A stretch of 64,000 nt of DNA from Phoronis australis (Eukaryota > Animalia > Phoronida). The translations under genes and the position numbers were made by a program. The DNA lies in the NCBI GenBank assembly GCA_002633005.1, contig NMRA01000294.1, positions 23,782 through 87,781 of the forward strand, in the 5' to 3' direction. Positions within the stretch are counted from its first letter, which is position 1, and the number at the start of each line of letters is the position of its first letter. A model generated the notes under the pieces. That model was given only the letters and a program-made list of their open reading frames with translations, did not search any database and was not told the DNA's origin. This document shows, piece after piece, positions 50,589-62,890 of this stretch.

Positions 50589-52527
50589 AACAAGAGCAAC
50601 GCAGAGCGTTGAAATGCGCCCACAATTGCACCGCATACGGTATCCTTCTAGGGTTGTTTATTGGTACCATTAAGTGGCCAGTAGAGGGCATATATGTAGT
50701 ATGTTGTACTTTGCAAAATGGAAAGGCATGGTCATTGTCTCCTCAATAGGCTAGGGGCAAAATGTGAGTGATCTTCATAATACAAGCACATCCTATACAC
50801 CAGTTGATTAAATCACCACAGAAACATAGAATTAAAAACAAATTTACCAACATACGAGATTAGCACAGCATTAGAATGCCAGAAACAAATTTCTACTTGG
50901 AACTTTTCCTTCATAGTCACGAAGTAACACAAAGTATACACCTGAAGACCTATGAAAATACAGAGGTCAATGTAAAATACTAAAATTGCCACTAGAGGCA
51001 TACCGGTGGTCAGAATCATCCTAAAGTAGTCATCGTCCGTTGTCAACATCACATGAATACACTTGCTCAATTTAAAAAGATCCTGCAAACGGTTTGGGAG
51101 ATACAGCCATGGGCGCAAAAAAAAAACTACCACTAGGAGGCGCCACAGTAATCAAAGTCATGGGAAATTCAGCGTCAACCGTCCTCTTCATAGTAAGAAC
51201 ATACATGACAATTTTCACAATCATACTTATAGCGGTTTGGTTGATAGAGTGGTGGACGCCAAAAAACAGACACAAAAACAGTAAAAATGGCCACTGGGTG
51301 TCGCAAACTAGGTCGAATCCATCTGAAAACGGGAGGATTGCGTCATTGCACTAATAGGTGCCTACATACCAAATTTCATGAAAATCCGTTCAAGACTTGT
51401 GAAGATACAGAGGTAAATGTAAAAAAATAAAATTGCCACTAGGGGCCACACTGGTAGGCGGATCCGTCCAAAAGTCGTCATCGTCTGTTGTTAACATAAT
51501 ATAAATACACTTATTAAATTTCGTAAAGATCCTGTGAACGGTTTAGGATATACAGCCACAGGCGCAAAAAAAACTGCCACTAGGAGGCGCCACAGTAGTC
51601 CAAATCGTCTGAAAATCATCGTCAACCGTCCTCTACATAGTAAGCATATACATGCCAATTTTCACAATCATCCTTTGAGCGGTTTGATTGATAGAGGGGT
51701 GGACGCACAAAAACAGACTCGAAAACAAAAAAATGGCCACTAGGTGGCGCAAACTATGTTGAATCCATCTGAAAACGGAAGGATATCGTCATCTCACTAA
51801 TAGGTGCCTACACACCAAATTTCATGAAAACTCGTTCAGGACTTTTGAAGATACAAAGGTAAGCGTAAAAAAATTAAAATTGCCACTAGGGGGCACACCG
51901 GTAGTCGGATCCGTCCAAGAGTCGTCATATTTCGTTGTTAACATCATATAAATATACTTACACAATTTCGTAACGATCCTGCAAACGGTTTTGGAGATAC
52001 AGCCATAGGCGCAAAAAAAAAACTGCCACTAGGAGGCGCCACAGTGGTCGAAATCGTCGGAAAATCATCGTCAACCGTCCTCTACATAGTAAGCATATAC
52101 ATGCCAATTTTCACAATCATCCTTTGAGCGGTTTGGTTGATAGAGGGGTGGACGCACAAAAACAGACTCGAAAACACTAAAAATGTCCACTAAGTGGGGC
52201 AAACTATGTCGAATCCATCTGAAAACGGCAGGATAGCGTCATCTTACTAATAGGTGCCTACATACCAAATTTCATGAAAATCCGTTCAGGACTTTTGAAG
52301 ATACAAAGGTAAGCGTAAAAAACTAAAATTGCCACTAGGGGGCACACCGGAAGTCGGATCCGTCCGAAAGTTCGCACATGCCGTCCCATTCATGAATGGA
52401 ACATATGTGCCAAATTTCATGAACGTATGTCAAAGGGTTTTGGAGATAGAGCAGCGGACGCCGCCCGTACGGACGGCCGGAGATGACGGCATAATGCATC
52501 CACATATAAATATGTGGACCCATAAAA
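50589..52527 (-). mobile_element. HINE-like element, copy 3, with three ~447-bp higher-order repeats
   Basis: Both termini present; aaaattgccactag at 50982, 51429, 51876 and 52325. Confidence 0.85.
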
Positions 52528-52850
52528 GGTCCGATTTGAAAGTTTGGCAGGAGGTAACACGAAAACATGAGGCCTACATTGATCATTACATCCAAATTTG
52601 AGTACTGTTTTCTGCGAGCAACCGTCACCACATCCTCATTTCTGATATTACAAATTCCGTATTATCTCAGGAACATAGAGCTGAGAACCATCGTTGGCGT
52701 GGATACAGTTTTCCGTTCCCCATAATTAAGCTTCAAGTGCCTTACCAAAAAATCGAGTGTCAACGTTTGCAAAAGGTCCACTTTTCTAAAAATTTGAACC
52801 ACTCCCCGCGCAATGCTGGCTACAGGCCTGCGTTGCCCAGAAACAAACCA

Positions 52851-53130
52851 GGGCCCGGTCTTCAATCTCCGTACTCGGACTCTAATCATGGTCAAACTCA
52901 CACTTCATACTCAACTCGAGTACAGACTCAGCTTTGGTGTATTCAATGTCATACTCGAAAAATCTGTACTCGAAATTTCGAGCACATACTCAGTTTTCGA
53001 GTGTACTCGAACTGAAGTGTATCTCATCTATATTTTGAGTACGATTTTGAGTAAAAATTCGTAGCCTGTGCTCAAACTTCAAGTTTGCTATGGCAGTGTG
53101 CTTGAAATCGTACTCGAAAATAAATACGAG
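52851..53130. repeat. Cluster of tactcg/cgagta motifs, probably a MITE subterminal region
   Basis: Repeated tactcg(a), actcag and gagta motifs in both orientations after gggcccggtcttcaa. Confidence 0.45.
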
Positions 53131-53900
53131 CCAGAGAACAAAATATCGAAAGGGAACCAAGAAACACAGCAAATCTAAAAAAATAAGTCCTCTTACCGTA
53201 TCTCATCACTTCAATTTCAGTTCAGAGATAATAGTTTCATCTTAAATCTTCTTATTCTTCACCTTATTAACCCGCCGTATCACTGTATGTTATGGCCGCC
53301 ATTCTACCTCTACAATTCCTGGCAACAGGCGCATTGTAATCCCTCGTCGGCGAGTTATAACAAGCGTCGAAAGCAGTTGTGGGAAAAGTCCTGTGAGAAG
53401 TTTGTGCTGCCCTTATTTCGGTATGTGAGCCTACGTTTTGTAGGGTTTCCAAAAGACAAGGAGGGGAGGGAAGTTGAAAAAAGTTCGCTTCCCTGTCAGG
53501 TACATTTCTCATCATAACTTATTCATCTATAATTCGTCAATCCCCACATGGAATTCCAGATTTTGTTTGCCGATTTCTAAGTAGACGTCTCGTTCCGTTC
53601 ACTGCCACTGGTGAACTGTGAATGCATGCACAAGTATTGTTTTTTAACTCACGTGCCAAATGTCAACTCACTTGATACATCCCGGTAAAATACAAAGATA
53701 CAGTATCAAAGTTTGACATCAGCGTAGGCCTACACAGCAATGGGTTTTATGTCAAGACTAAATTAGCAACAGAGATGTGATGTGATAAGCTGTTACATAT
53801 TTCTTAAGACATTTTCGGGACTGGGTGAGGAACTCAAGAAGTAAAGCTTAATGATTGCCAAATGTATCAAAGAAATGGCATAACAATATTTACTGAAACT

Positions 53901-55196
53901 AAACAAGAGCAACGCAGAGCGTTGAAATGCGCCCACAATTGCACCGCATACGGTATCCCTCTAGGGTTCTTTAGAGGTACCATAAAGTGGCCAGTAGAGG
54001 GCATATATGTAGTATGTTGTACTTAGCAAAATGGAAAGGCATGGTCATTGTCTCCTCAATAGGCTAGGGGCAAAATGTGAGTAATCTTCATAATACAAGC
54101 ACATCATATACACCAGTTGCTTAAAGCACCACAGAAACATAGAATTAAAAACAAATTTACCAACATACGAGATTAGAACAACATTAGAATGCCAGAAACA
54201 AATTTCTACTCGGAACTTTTCCTTCATAGTCACGAAGTAACACAAAGTATACACCTGAAGACCTATGAAAATACAAAGGTGAATGTAAAATACTAAAATT
54301 GCCACTAGAGGCAAATACTAAAATTGCCACTAGTGGCATACCGGTAGTCAGAATCATCCTAAAGTCGTCATCGTCCGTTGTCAACATCACATAAATACAC
54401 TTGCTAAATTTAGTAAAGATCCTGCAAACGCTTTGGGAGATACAGCAATGGGCGCAAAAAAAAACAAAACTGCCACTAGGAGGCACCACAGTAGTCCAAA
54501 TCGTCTAAAAATCATTGTCAGCCGTCTTCCTTATAGTAAGCACATACACGGCAATTTTCACAATCATTCTTTGAGCGGTTTGATTGATAGAGGGGTGGAC
54601 GCAAAAATACAGACTCACTAGGTGGCGCAAACTATGTCGAATCTATCTGAAAACAGGAAGATAGCGTCATCTCACTAATAGGTGCCTACATACCAAATTT
54701 CATGAAAATCCGTTCAGGACTTTTGAAGATACAAAGGTAAGCGTACAAAACTAAAATTGCCACTAGGGGACACACCAGTAGTCGGATCCGTCCAAAAGTC
54801 GTCATCTTCAGTTGTTAACATCACATAAATATACTTACACAATTTCGTAAAGATCCCACAAAAGGTTTAGGAGATACAGCCATAGGCGCAAAAAAACAAA
54901 ACTGCCACTAGGAGGCGCCACAGTAGTCGAAATCGTCGGAAAATCATCGTCAACCGTCCTCTACTTAGTAAGCATATACATGCCAATTTTCACAATCATC
55001 CTTTGAGCGGTTTGGTTGATAGAGGGGTGGACGCACAAAAACAGACTCAAAAACACTAAAAATGGCCACTAGGTGGCGCAAACTACGTCAAATCCATCTG
55101 AAAACGGGAGGATAGCGTCATCTTACTAAAAGGTGCCTATATACCACATTTCATGAAAATCCGTTCAGGACTTTTGAAGATACAAAGGTAAGCGTA
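53901..55196 (-). mobile_element. HINE-like element, copy 4, running into the assembly gap
   Basis: aaacaagagcaacgcagagcgttgaaatgcgcccac start and the same internal repeats. Confidence 0.85.
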
Positions 55197-56090
55197 NNNN
55201 NNNNNNNNNNNNNNNNNNNNNNNNNNNNNNNNNNNNNNNNNNNNNNNNNNNNNNNNNNNNNNNNNNNNNNNNNNNNNNNNNNNNNNNNNNNNNNNNNNNN
55301 NNNNNNNNNNNNNNNNNNNNNNNNNNNNNNNNNNNNNNNNNNNNNNNNNNNNNNNNNNNNNNNNNNNNNNNNNNNNNNNNNNNNNNNNNNNNNNNNNNNN
55401 NNNNNNNNNNNNNNNNNNNNNNNNNNNNNNNNNNNNNNNNNNNNNNNNNNNNNNNNNNNNNNNNNNNNNNNNNNNNNNNNNNNNNNNNNNNNNNNNNNNN
55501 NNNNNNNNNNNNNNNNNNNNNNNNNNNNNNNNNNNNNNNNNNNNNNNNNNNNNNNNNNNNNNNNNNNNNNNNNNNNNNNNNNNNNNNNNNNNNNNNNNNN
55601 NNNNNNNNNNNNNNNNNNNNNNNNNNNNNNNNNNNNNNNNNNNNNNNNNNNNNNNNNNNNNNNNNNNNNNNNNNNNNNNNNNNNNNNNNNNNNNNNNNNN
55701 NNNNNNNNNNNNNNNNNNNNNNNNNNNNNNNNNNNNNNNNNNNNNNNNNNNNNNNNNNNNNNNNNNNNNNNNNNNNNNNNNNNNNNNNNNNNNNNNNNNN
55801 NNNNNNNNNNNNNNNNNNNNNNNNNNNNNNNNNNNNNNNNNNNNNNNNNNNNNNNNNNNNNNNNNNNNNNNNNNNNNNNNNNNNNNNNNNNNNNNNNNNN
55901 NNNNNNNNNNNNNNNNNNNNNNNNNNNNNNNNNNNNNNNNNNNNNNNNNNNNNNNNNNNNNNNNNNNNNNNNNNNNNNNNNNNNNNNNNNNNNNNNNNNN
56001 NNNNNNNNNNNNNNNNNNNNNNNNNNNNNNNNNNNNNNNNNNNNNNNNNNNNNNNNNNNNNNNNNNNNNNNNNNNNNNNNNNNNNNNNNN
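55197..56090. other. Assembly gap (894 N)
   Basis: Run of N. Confidence 1.
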
Positions 56091-56399
56091 CTGTATGAAG
56101 ACTATCGTACCACTGTGTGTTGAGCTCCGTTAACCCCGAAATTTCAGACAGCCGTTGACTACCCGGGTATAGTTGACTCGGTTATGCTCGTCACCTCGTC
56201 GTAAAACTTAGGCTACATCAACATATAAAGCTAACGGACCGGCGGGGGCGCATGCAAAATCTGATATAGTCACCAGACACTTCCATTGTTCGTTGCAGCC
56301 GTTTAAGTGGAAAACAATCAAATAAACGTCCTTTGGTAGCATAATTTGCCGCCTTTTTAACAATGAAGTGTGTTGTCCGTTTCGAGAACAACACGCTCG

Positions 56400-57280
56400 T
56401 GACACGGCGCACGCGCCATTTCATAAAAATTTGAGACGTCTTTCGGGACATCATAACAGCTTCGCAGCACCAAGGTTGTTCTAAAATTCGGTTTGCTGGT
56501 GTAAAAATACTAAAAACTTGAAACAAAATGAAACAAGCTCCGATAATTTGTTATAACATGTACGCAACCTAGGTACCGTCAGCGACAAACACATGATAAA
56601 AGAATCAGGGGGAAAAGAAACTGGTAAAGGTCAGGTGACGTAATCGCAAAAAGCCGACTCAAGAAAACACATCACAATTTTACTAGCACCAGCCGATGAA
56701 CGATCGCTAACATTTCGAACACCGGTAAATACAGAAGTTAGTTTACTCTAGGAACCAGTTTCCTAGGTTTACTCAAGGATGACTTAGTTTTAATGACATT
56801 TATTTGAGTCAGATTTTATTTGCACATTTTTTACCCATATCGGCTTAAACCTGTAGGCCTATATCTAGTATACACTGAGCTTTGGGCCAAGGCTTGGGTA
56901 ACCCGGCGATGGTATGCGATGACCATCCCTTTAGAAGACGCCTTTTTCGAAGAGTTTGAGCAACCAGGTGCCATACAAAAAGGCATAGCGAACCTTTTAC
57001 AGCACTGTGGCAAACAATAAAAAATAAGGACGATTGATACAATGATAAATTACGATGTAAACTCTTCAAATAATGACATAAGCAATGAATGTGCAAAGCA
57101 GCCGATACCCCGCCGTTCACGTCACTGACACATCAGCCAATCAGCGATCGCTTTCAGAATTCAGTGTTTTGACCATGAATACGAATTGGCTTTTGTTTGG
57201 CACGCAAGTCAGGCAAATGTGAGTTTTATTTGTATGTTAGAACCGATTAACTGCAACATTATTTTGACTACAGTCCCCTT
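56400..57280 (-). mobile_element. Kolobok-like element end with THAP start, copy B
   Basis: TTAA at 57281-57284; MPFCMAPGCSNSSKK from 56986; shares cacgtcactgaca.atcagccaatcag.gatcgct and caggcaaatgtgagttttatttgtat with copy A. Confidence 0.6.
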
Positions 57281-59329
57281 TTAAGAGCGTAAATGTCATA
57301 CTTGTTACCTTAATGTCCTAGACACAGTAATTGTCCACTTTGTTATCCAGACTCGAGAGACTGGAACTGCCTGCGTGTAAGGGGCATTTTTGTGCTGACG
57401 GCCATTTCCACAGCTGACTTAATCTCCAAGAGGTTACCACGCAAATCTTTTTGACGTGACATCACATTGTACACAGCATCAACAAATGGTGCGCGATGCA
57501 ACTCTCTCTAGATATTCTGAAAAAGATATTCTATTTATAAAACAAAAAGCAAGACCAACAAACCTGGACAACATGTTACAAGGTTTTACAAACAAATTAT
57601 TTTTATCTCAATGCCATCTTCATGCCATGAATAACACGCTTACACAAAAGTCACGCATTTCTAAAGATATGCATGACTTTTCACCTTTCCTCCTCAGAGC
57701 CGCTTTTACCGAGATCAAAGGGAGCATGGTGCCAGACTCGGACTTAGTTGCGATGACTGCATTGTCTGGTGAGAACAAGACCCAATTAAGTGTAATTACT
57801 TGACCATAAACCTGTAGTAAACATCTATGCCTGTATATACTGGCAAATTTTCAAAATGCATTAACCAACTGTTTTTGTTAAAAACAAATACCACAGCTGT
57901 ATTCAGACGAAAAAACAGCAAAGTTTGGATTATTCTTTTAATATACAACTAAGGTACATTAAAACATCTAAATAAACAACACACAGTGACTAAATTAGAT
58001 GTCAGTAATTTTTAAAACATCACTTATAGCCCATTGCATGCCGATCTACTTTACTCCAGGGGTAGTACACTAACCGGAAAACTGATATTTGTGGAAATGC
58101 GCCAATTTCGATCTCAGCTTGTAGTTGTGAGTGAACACCTGTGAAGACAACTAAGACGGCTAGCTCTGTCGTCAACGAGAGAGTGCAAGCGGTGGATGAG
58201 GTTGGTCAGTGGGCAAGAGCTGTGATTTCATTTTTTTATGACTGAGGAAAAGCTAGAATAGTTATGCAGTTACTGCAACCAAAACTGTCCAGAGGTTCCA
58301 AATCTTCAGTTTGGCTATCACCATATTTGCACTTTTGTATATATTTAATGATTTGAGTTCTAATAGAGACTGAACTTGAACTAATGACACATGTAGTTTT
58401 GTTTGCTGTGAAATGTTTTGTGTGGCTGTAATCTGAAAAATTCAGGGATGGGTTCACAATTAAGTGACTTCAAACTTGCTTTGATACTTTGTTTAAACAC
58501 AAAATTAAAAGACAGCAACCGTAACCGGTAAGAAAAAAACAAGTAGACAGGAGTATTAAAATAATGTCAACAGGTATGAAAAATATTCAAAACCAACGTT
58601 CCTTTGTGAAGGAACCCTTTATCAAGATCAATGTAAATTAACTTTTTAGTCTGTTTGTAATATTTAAAATATACCAAGTTAAAACTTCTCTCCACATTGA
58701 AGGCTTTAACTCTGTTCAAATGCCAGAGAAAAACAATTTGGGTGTATTAATGACCACCATTGTTAAGAAAGTAGTGCTGGCTATTACCTTTCCACTTCAA
58801 ACTCAGACCTACATCAACACAAAGAGCGCACTGAATAGGCATCATATAAGTTGTCTGAGGCTTAGGGAATCAGAGCTGTGACCAGTGTAAGTGAGAAATT
58901 ATCCACCTGTTACAATGATTTGTCCTGTGAACAGCTAAATCAACAGCCATACAAAACACCACAACCCTACCCTGATTCAATAGTATTTACCTACAATGTT
59001 GAATGTCCAACAGACACAAAATGTTACTGCTGCTATGAGGTGATCCCCAAGTCACATCAAAACTTGCTAAGCTCAACATTCAACATGCTGATGCCAGTCA
59101 AAGGGACACAATAGGTTTAAGGACTGCAAAAACCATTGTTCGGATTGTTGTTGTTTTTTAAGATAGAACTTTTGAAGTTATTAGCTTTAACCAGAGCCAT
59201 CAAACAGTAAAATCTGTTGTATTTTTGTAATTCCCAGTGTTGGGTTAATAACTCTTAATAGGTCAACTTGAAATTGAGTCTATGGTGTGCCATGCCACAC
59301 ATGCAGGGATTGGCAAATGAAATTCTGGT

Positions 59330-61960
59330 GGAGGCACAGAACAGTTCTCATAGGGGTTTGCCTATCGGAACGCACGCCAATGTACTCTTTACCCTTTCCT
59401 CACTCTGTCAAAAACTGCAAATAAAGAAAAGTTTTGAGTCATTTCACATCACCAGCCATACGGATGAGCACAGAAATAAGGGCAAAAAACGCAAAATTGG
59501 CACTTTTCACCCTAAAACTACCACTTCCCTGCCGATGCTGGACTTAAGCCAACAATAGATTCCGAAAGCAAATTTCCTACAGATTCCAAAAATGTGGTCC
59601 AAAAGTACTACCAACTAACAAATCTGGCTTGCATGAGGGCTACCTGAAATCATGGCCCATTTCTCAGTTGCTACACAGCAATGCACAATTGCAACAGGGG
59701 GCCACCATCTTAAAGAAGTGTGCAGCTACAGCCAAGAAAGTGGCTTTTTTCATTCTCAGCATGTTCACAAATACAAACATACCACAATCACTTGGCCTCC
59801 ATACAATACCTAACTAAAAAATGCAACCAAGCCTGGCTTACCCCTAGATTTTAATATTTTGGGAGCGCCACAGCCTAAGCGTTCAGTGCCACCTTAAAGA
59901 AAATCGTATTTTCCAAATTTTGTTCAGAATAGTTCCTCTCCATATGCTCACCTACTGTGTCAAATAAAAAGTTAAACCGATGGCCAATTTTGCTTTTTGA
60001 GGTGATCGGATGTGCCCAGCCTGAAGGCTGGGTTTTTCAGGCCAGACCCATTTTAAGCAGATTAAGAAACCAGACGTAGTTTCCTGTTCTGTTTTGCACT
60101 ATACTCAGTAGGGTTAGGGTACAAATTCAAGAAAATTGATCAACTTAAATATGAAACTAGCAACAAAAGTTTAATTCAAGTTAGTTTCCTAACCCCACAG
60201 CTTTACCATACTCCTCACCGAGGCTCACTCGTTGTGTATAGAGGACACGTTTATTGAAATCGACTTGGATAACCATACAAGGCAAGAAATTTGGACAGCT
60301 AAGTTTCTCTCACAACTTCATTTTTTGAGTGGTGAGCACATACAAAATAGCCCGGAAAGCATAACAGTTTCATTCGAAGCAGAGTGAGAAAAAGGACAAT
60401 TCACAAGGAACAAAATTCATTCAACAAAGACCGCTACCTGTCAGGAATCGGATTTAATGAACATTAACTCGCTGCATAGGTGAGTGGTGGCGCTGTTGCA
60501 AACGATATTAACCAGGAGGCGCTGGTAAAACTTCCGGGAAGTCGCACGCACGGAAAAGAAAAGGAGACGCACGAGACGCAGGAAGAAATCACAATTTTGT
60601 TTGTCAGGAATATTGACCAGTGGATTTCTGGTGTGAAAAGTACAGTCAACTCAGCCATTATGAAATAAAAGGCTTTAAAACTGTTGTGCGACACCGTACG
60701 AGTTCGACGGACTGTGAACAGTGTGAACAACTTCAGTTTCAGAGGACAAAAGATGTGTGGAAAGTGGAACCATTTCGTAATCGTATAGCATGGGCCTAAT
60801 TTTAAATTCAGTTAACTTGAGTCGGGACATTGACATTTAGTTCAGCGTGGTGCTTCATGAAATTTATAAACAACTCTCATTTAAACAAGTTTAACATGGC
60901 TCTGGGTTAACACTTTCTTACAAGTTCAGGTCAAACACTGAAAGAAAAAGCAGTTACCATGAGACCAAACGACTGGACAGCGGGAAGGAATGTCACCGTA
61001 AACATGCACCTGGGGTTAGGGTTAGGTTTACAGAGTTAGGGTTACAGGGTGAGAGTTACAGGGTTAGGGTAAGAGTTCCAGGGTTAGGATTAGGGTCAGG
61101 ACAGCACTAGGGTTAGGGTTGGACTTACAAGGTTAGGGTTAGAGTTCTGGTGTTAGGCTTAGAGTCCCACGTTTAGGGTTTGGGTAAGGGCTAGCTAGGG
61201 TAAAGATTACGTTGTTTCGAGTCTACAAATAATGTAAAAATAAATCAGCAGAAACTACACTCAAGACTTTGATTAGTGACATAAAGAATAGTGCCAAAAC
61301 TTGGAAATATTTGAAAGTTGAAATATGACCATTTTTTCAGGAGGCACGGAACAGTTCTTACACGTCAATGGACTCTTCACCCTTTCGTCACTGTCAAAAA
61401 CTGCATGCAAATAAAGAAAAGTTTTGAGTCATTTCAAATCACAAGCCCTACAGATGAGCACAGAAACTTTATTCTCTCTTGTATTTTTGACCCTCTCACT
61501 CCCAGTGAAAACCACGCCACACTAAGAAAAATAAAGGCAAAAAAAATGATAAATCAGCACTTTTCACCCTATAACCACCACTTCCTTGCCGATGCTGGAC
61601 TTAAGCCAACATAAGATTCTGAAAACAAATTTCCTACCAATTCCGAAAATGTGGTCCAAAAGTACTGTCACCCACTTTTTTTTGTAAATCTAGCTTGTAA
61701 GAGGGCTACCTGAAATCGCGGTCAATTTCTCAGTTTCTACACAGCAATGCACAATTGCAACAAGGGGTCACCATCTTGAAGAAGAGTGCACCTAAAGCCA
61801 GTAAAGTGGCCTTTTTTCATTCTCAGCATGTCAAACCACATTCACATGGCCTATGTAGAATATGAAACCAAAACTGCCTCCAAGCCTGGCCTACCTCTAG
61901 ATTCTAATATTTTGGGAGTGCAAATTGGCCACGGCCGCAGCCTAACTGTTCAGTGCCACC
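59330..61960 (+). repeat. Two diverged direct copies (59330-59892 and 61341-61960) of a dispersed repeat
   Basis: Shared tgcaaataaagaaaagttttgagtcatttc, gccgatgctggacttaagccaaca, cacagcaatgcacaattgcaaca. Confidence 0.85.
61011..61201 (+). repeat. Degenerate interstitial (TTAGGG)n-like tract
   Basis: Many ttaggg, ttacaggg and ttagag variants. Confidence 0.8.
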
Positions 61961-62699
61961 ACATCCAAAATCTTTACCAAAAACAGATGGCACTTCTCAT
62001 GAATTATGTGTCAATTTATTGCTAAGGGGCTCAAATAAGACTGTCTGCCAGAGAATTTTGACCAAGCACCTTGACCTATATTCTCATTTTGCTGCTGACG
62101 AACCACTGGTCACGACTTCATGAATCAGAAAGTGTATGGCCTGATGAGTGGCGAATTTGTGTGGAAAAGAAATCTTTGTGTCTGATGTTGAATCAACTCC
62201 TAGTTTAAAACTCCTTTATCCACAGTTGTTGGATACAGTGTTTGAAGGTAGCTATGGCATAGACCTTTACAATGGCATGGCATCTATTTGGTGCTACTTA
62301 CCTTTTAAAGTAAGAAAAAATAAAATTTTACTTGTCTGCCATATATTGTTTCCTAAATTGGTGAGATTTTACCATAGTCTGTTCATCACAAACCCACGTA
62401 GATTTGCCCTCCAAAACTTGGTCAAGTTACACCCTAAGTTTGATTTGTAACTTTCTTCCCGATGACCTCAAGATTCTGTAAACCCAGTAATTTCCCCCGA
62501 TTTTGGTTTTGAAAGTAATTTTTGTACAGTTTCTTTAACATTTTTATTTGCAGAATGAAACTTCCACTCTTAGCTCATGTAGTGAAAATTATGGATTTTT
62601 GTGCAATATTGTCATTCTTTTTTCCCTTTTTTTTAATTTGTAGTTCTTATCATTTGAACACTCACAAATAGTGGGCAACACTACAGCACACATCACGAA

Positions 62700-62890
62700 T
62701 TTTTGGCCGACCGGTCGGAAATTGGTCGACGACCGGCCGTCGACCGGTCGGCAAATTAGCCGACCAGTCGGCTAAAAATTAGCCGACCGGCAGCCGCCCG
62801 CAGTGCCGACTCATAAGGCGACCCCACAGCCGACCCTTCAGCCGACCCTTTAGCCGACCGGCCATCAGACGACCAGCTGGTCGGCTGCTA
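62700..62890. repeat. GC-rich cluster of gccgacc/ggtcggc heptamers
   Basis: More than ten copies in both orientations within 190 bp. Confidence 0.8.

Noticed and set aside
50982-52345. CRISPR-like array of regularly spaced repeats
   Set aside because: Spacers are homologous to each other, the context is eukaryotic and there are no cas genes
61011-61201. True telomere
   Set aside because: Short, degenerate and flanked by ordinary sequence on both sides
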